From positions 1 to 5,101 of IMG/VR virus record IMGVR_UViG_3300045988_016794: a DNA stretch of 5,101 nucleotides; one strand, written 5' to 3'. The position numbers and the translations under genes are program-made. The DNA is from a virus. The notes beneath the pieces are model-generated. The model saw nothing but the letters and a program-made list of their open reading frames with translations, did no database searches and had not been told where the DNA came from. Shown piece by piece: positions 2,956 through 5,101 of the stretch (positions are counted from its first letter, which is position 1; each line of letters begins with the position of its first letter).

Positions 2956-4614
2956 TTGTCTAGAAAAATTAGAGTTCGAGGACATCGCTTCAGCGATGCT
3001 CCTGCAATGTATATGCGGCGGACTAAATTCGACCGCTCGCACGTTTATAAGACGACTTTCAATTCAGGCAAGCTCATACCTGTATTCGTTGACGAAGTAC
3101 TGCCTGGCGATACTACTCGTCTGTCTGTTAATTACTTCGCTCGGCTTGCCACCCCGATTAAGCCTATCATGGATAATATATATTTTGACTGGTTTTTCTT
3201 TTTTGTCCCAAATCGTCTCGTTTGGGACCACTGGCAGAATTTTTGTTTTGAACAGGAAGACCCTGATGATAGCACTGATTACGTCATCCCTTATATTATT
3301 GCTGGTGATAACTCTAATGACCTCTATGTTGGCACTCTTTGGGATTATTTCGGTTTGCCTGTGAATACTGGTATTTTGAGTGGAATTAATGCTCTTCCAT
3401 TCCGTGCTGTTTATTTGATTTGGAATGAATGGTTTAGGGATGAGAATCTTCAGAAGTCCGTAAAAATTGAAAAAGGCGATGTTAACGGAGTTTTGGATTC
3501 TAGTCGTAAATCAGACCAGCCCTCTTGGGTATTTAAGCCAGGAACTACTCTGAGTGTGGCTGGTCTTGCTTGCCCTCCTCGCGGCAAACGTCATGATTAC
3601 TTTACTTCTGCCCTTCCTTGGACTCAAAAAGGACCTGGAGTACAAGTTCCTTTGACTGGTAATGCTTTTGTTTATGATGCTCAAGGCGTATCTATTCCTA
3701 ATATGCCTTCTACCGTTAAGGACATCAATGTTGCTGGTAGAATTATGACCCGAGAAACTGATGGCAACTGGCCTCACGAGGTTTATGAGTATAACCAGAG
3801 CAACGAAAGCCTCGTTTCTTCGAATAGATTCTCTTATGCTGATCTTGAATCCATATCTGGCGCCACCATAAACTCTCTGCGTACTGCTTTTCAGATGCAA
3901 AAGTTCTACGAACGTCTTGCTCGTGGTGGTAGTCGGTATACAGAAGTGCTTCGCTCTTTCTTCGGCGTAATTTCTCCTGATGCTCGTCTTCAGCGCCCTG
4001 AATTTCTTGGTAGTTTCACTAAAATGTTAAATGTCAACCCAATAGCTCAGACTTCTGCAACCGACGACACCTCTCCGCAAGGTAACCTTTCTGCTTATGG
4101 TGTTACTGCGGCCAAGTTCCATGGTTTTACAAAGTCTTTCGTTGAGCATGGTTATATTTTAGGTTTTGTCTCTGCTCGTGCTGACATTACTTATCAGCAA
4201 GGTATTAACAAGATGTGGCTTCGTTCTACGGTCTATGATTTTTACTGGCCTACTTTCGCTCATCTTAGCGAACAGGCCATTGAACTTCGTGAGATTTATG
4301 CTCAAGGTAACAAAGATGATACTACCGTTTTCGGTTATCAGGAACGCTATGCCGAATATCGTTATAAACCTTCGCAGATTACTGGTAAGTTCCGTAGTTC
4401 TGTAGTTAAAGGCTCTTTAGATATGTGGCATCTGTCACAGTTCTTTAAGAATGCTCCAACTCTCAACGAGGAATTTATTGTGGAAAATCCACCTATTGAG
4501 CGCATTATCGCTGTTCCCAGCGAGCCTGAGTTTTTGATTGATATAGGTTTTCGCTATACCACTGTGCGTCCTATGCCTATGTTTGGCACTCCTGGTCTTG
4601 TTGATCACTTCTAG
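2956..4614 (+). CDS. Major capsid protein VP1 (phage F-like capsid family, 552 aa), TTG start.
   Basis: This is the longest ORF. The N-terminus HRFSDAP..RRTKFDRSHVYKTTFNSGKLIPVFVDEVLPGDT, plus FFVPNRLVW, DYFTSALPW, ATINSLRTAFQMQKFYERLARGGSRYTEVLRSFFGV and RPEFLG, are hallmark gokushovirus VP1 blocks. TTG at 2956 lies 5 nt after GGTGA (2947..2951, within GAAGGTGA 2944..2951). The first in-frame ATGs (3007, 3013) lack an RBS and would delete a conserved N-terminal segment. The stop is TAG at 4612..4614. Confidence 0.95.
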   Translation: MSRKIRVRGHRFSDAPAMYMRRTKFDRSHVYKTTFNSGKLIPVFVDEVLPGDTTRLSVNYFARLATPIKPIMDNIYFDWFFFFVPNRLVWDHWQNFCFEQEDPDDSTDYVIPYIIAGDNSNDLYVGTLWDYFGLPVNTGILSGINALPFRAVYLIWNEWFRDENLQKSVKIEKGDVNGVLDSSRKSDQPSWVFKPGTTLSVAGLACPPRGKRHDYFTSALPWTQKGPGVQVPLTGNAFVYDAQGVSIPNMPSTVKDINVAGRIMTRETDGNWPHEVYEYNQSNESLVSSNRFSYADLESISGATINSLRTAFQMQKFYERLARGGSRYTEVLRSFFGVISPDARLQRPEFLGSFTKMLNVNPIAQTSATDDTSPQGNLSAYGVTAAKFHGFTKSFVEHGYILGFVSARADITYQQGINKMWLRSTVYDFYWPTFAHLSEQAIELREIYAQGNKDDTTVFGYQERYAEYRYKPSQITGKFRSSVVKGSLDMWHLSQFFKNAPTLNEEFIVENPPIERIIAVPSEPEFLIDIGFRYTTVRPMPMFGTPGLVDHF

Positions 4615-4628
4615 AAGGAGTTGGTTTT

Positions 4629-5101
4629 ATGTCATGGCTTTCTAACACTTTAGGCAGCATCGCTGGTTCTGTTCTTGGATCTTCAGTTCAGAATCATTAC
4701 AACTCTGCTAATGCTGCTCAACAGAACCAATGGAATGTTGAAAACTATAAGCATCGCTATCAATGGTCTGTAGAAGATATGCGCAAGGCTGGTCTTAACC
4801 CTATTCTTGCTGCAACTAATGGTATAGGCGGTTCTATATCTGGAGCTTCAGCCGCTTCTGTAGGTATGAGTGATATAGGTTCCACCATGAACTCTGCCAA
4901 AGCTGCTAGCGCCGCTGAAAGGCAGGCTAAGAATGCCGAGCATCTTGCAGTATCTCAAATTGAAAAAAACGTCGCAGAAGCCGATTCTGTGCGTCAGAGT
5001 ACCCATGGTACAGTTCTTCAGAATGGTATTCTTGCAAATGATTTGAATCTTCGTGAGCAGACTTATGAAAAGCGTCTTGGTTACGAACTTGAAAAGATGA
5101 A
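4629..5101 (+). CDS. DNA pilot / minor capsid protein VP2, N-terminal part (runs off the window end; continues at 142..397 after the circle is closed).
   Basis: ATG at 4629 lies 8 nt after AAGGAG (4615..4620), directly after the VP1 stop. The frame is open to the window end, which probably explains its absence from the ORF track. The translation begins MSWLSNTLGSIAGSVLGSSVQNHYNSANAAQQNQWNVENYKHRYQWSVEDMRKAGLNPILAA. The YQWSVEDMRKAGLNPILA block is characteristic of gokushovirus VP2 as I recall it. Confidence 0.85.
   Translation, partial: MSWLSNTLGSIAGSVLGSSVQNHYNSANAAQQNQWNVENYKHRYQWSVEDMRKAGLNPILAATNGIGGSISGASAASVGMSDIGSTMNSAKAASAAERQAKNAEHLAVSQIEKNVAEADSVRQSTHGTVLQNGILANDLNLREQTYEKRLGYELEKM
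4961..5101. repeat. Terminal redundancy, copy 2 (identical to 1..141).
   Basis: See copy 1. There is a perfect 141-nt identity, and the implied circular unit length is 4,960 nt. Confidence 0.95.

Noticed and set aside
194-3900. All minus-strand ORFs in the track: 194..412, 758..1048, 1067..1600, 1697..1939, 1899..2153, 2263..2784 and 3511..3900.
   Set aside because: Each lies antisense to a well-supported + strand gene. None has a convincing RBS or any motif I recognise. Microviruses transcribe a single strand. Long antisense open frames are expected from the skewed codon composition of the sense genes.
4005-4032. A possible XerC/D dif-like integration site: ATGTTAAAT at 4024..4032 matches the 3' end of the E. 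coli dif XerD arm. Some gokushoviruses integrate at dif.
   Set aside because: Only 9 nt match. The would-be central region and XerC arm (TCTTGGTAGTT...) do not resemble dif. The site is inside conserved VP1 coding sequence rather than in a spacer. I found no better dif-like palindrome in the three non-coding spacers.
846-4405. Hydrophobic +1-frame ORFs inside VP4 (846..1070, 1110..1346, 1446..1631) and inside VP1 (4166..4405).
   Set aside because: All are in the +1 frame of the host gene, where the T-rich third codon position becomes the second position. That frame automatically encodes Leu, Phe, Ile and Val and avoids stops. They are short, broken up by stops and lack RBSs. Only the longest one (2948..3364) is kept, as a low-confidence finding.
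1-5101. A search for tRNA, rRNA, CRISPR repeats, transposase or integrase genes.
   Set aside because: I saw no cloverleaf-like candidates, no spaced direct repeats, and no ORF with recombinase or transposase motifs. The coding capacity is fully accounted for by the microvirus gene set.

Overview
The window appears to be one complete circular ssDNA phage genome of the Microviridae, Gokushovirinae-like, written out linearly. Bases 1..141 are identical to 4961..5101, so the unit length is 4,960 nt, and the DNA pilot gene (VP2) runs across the artificial junction. All credible genes are on the + strand and tightly packed. In circular order they are: VP2 pilot protein (4629..5101, continuing at 2..397); a small protein with a hydrophobic N-terminus (402..641); a 36-aa arginine-rich J/VP8-like DNA-binding peptide missing from the ORF track (638..748); VP4 HUH rolling-circle replication initiator (791..1702); an orphan 83-aa ORF (1733..1984); VP5 (1953..2243); VP3 internal scaffolding protein (2350..2832); and VP1 major capsid protein (2956..4614, TTG start). 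The non-coding signals are three promoters with the same architecture (TTGACA-N14-TGn-TAnnnT) at gene 3' ends, a hairpin plus T7 intrinsic terminator followed by a GC-rich patch in the VP5-VP3 spacer, and two strong stem-loops in the VP3-VP1 spacer. The items most worth follow-up are the two accessory ORFs (one is a possible E-like lysis candidate), the stem-loop that displays ACTTGAT in its loop as a possible origin, and the promoter/terminator layout. The minus-strand ORFs and most +1-frame hydrophobic ORFs are best explained by the strong T bias at third codon positions. Protein family calls rest on motifs I recognise by eye. No database search was run.
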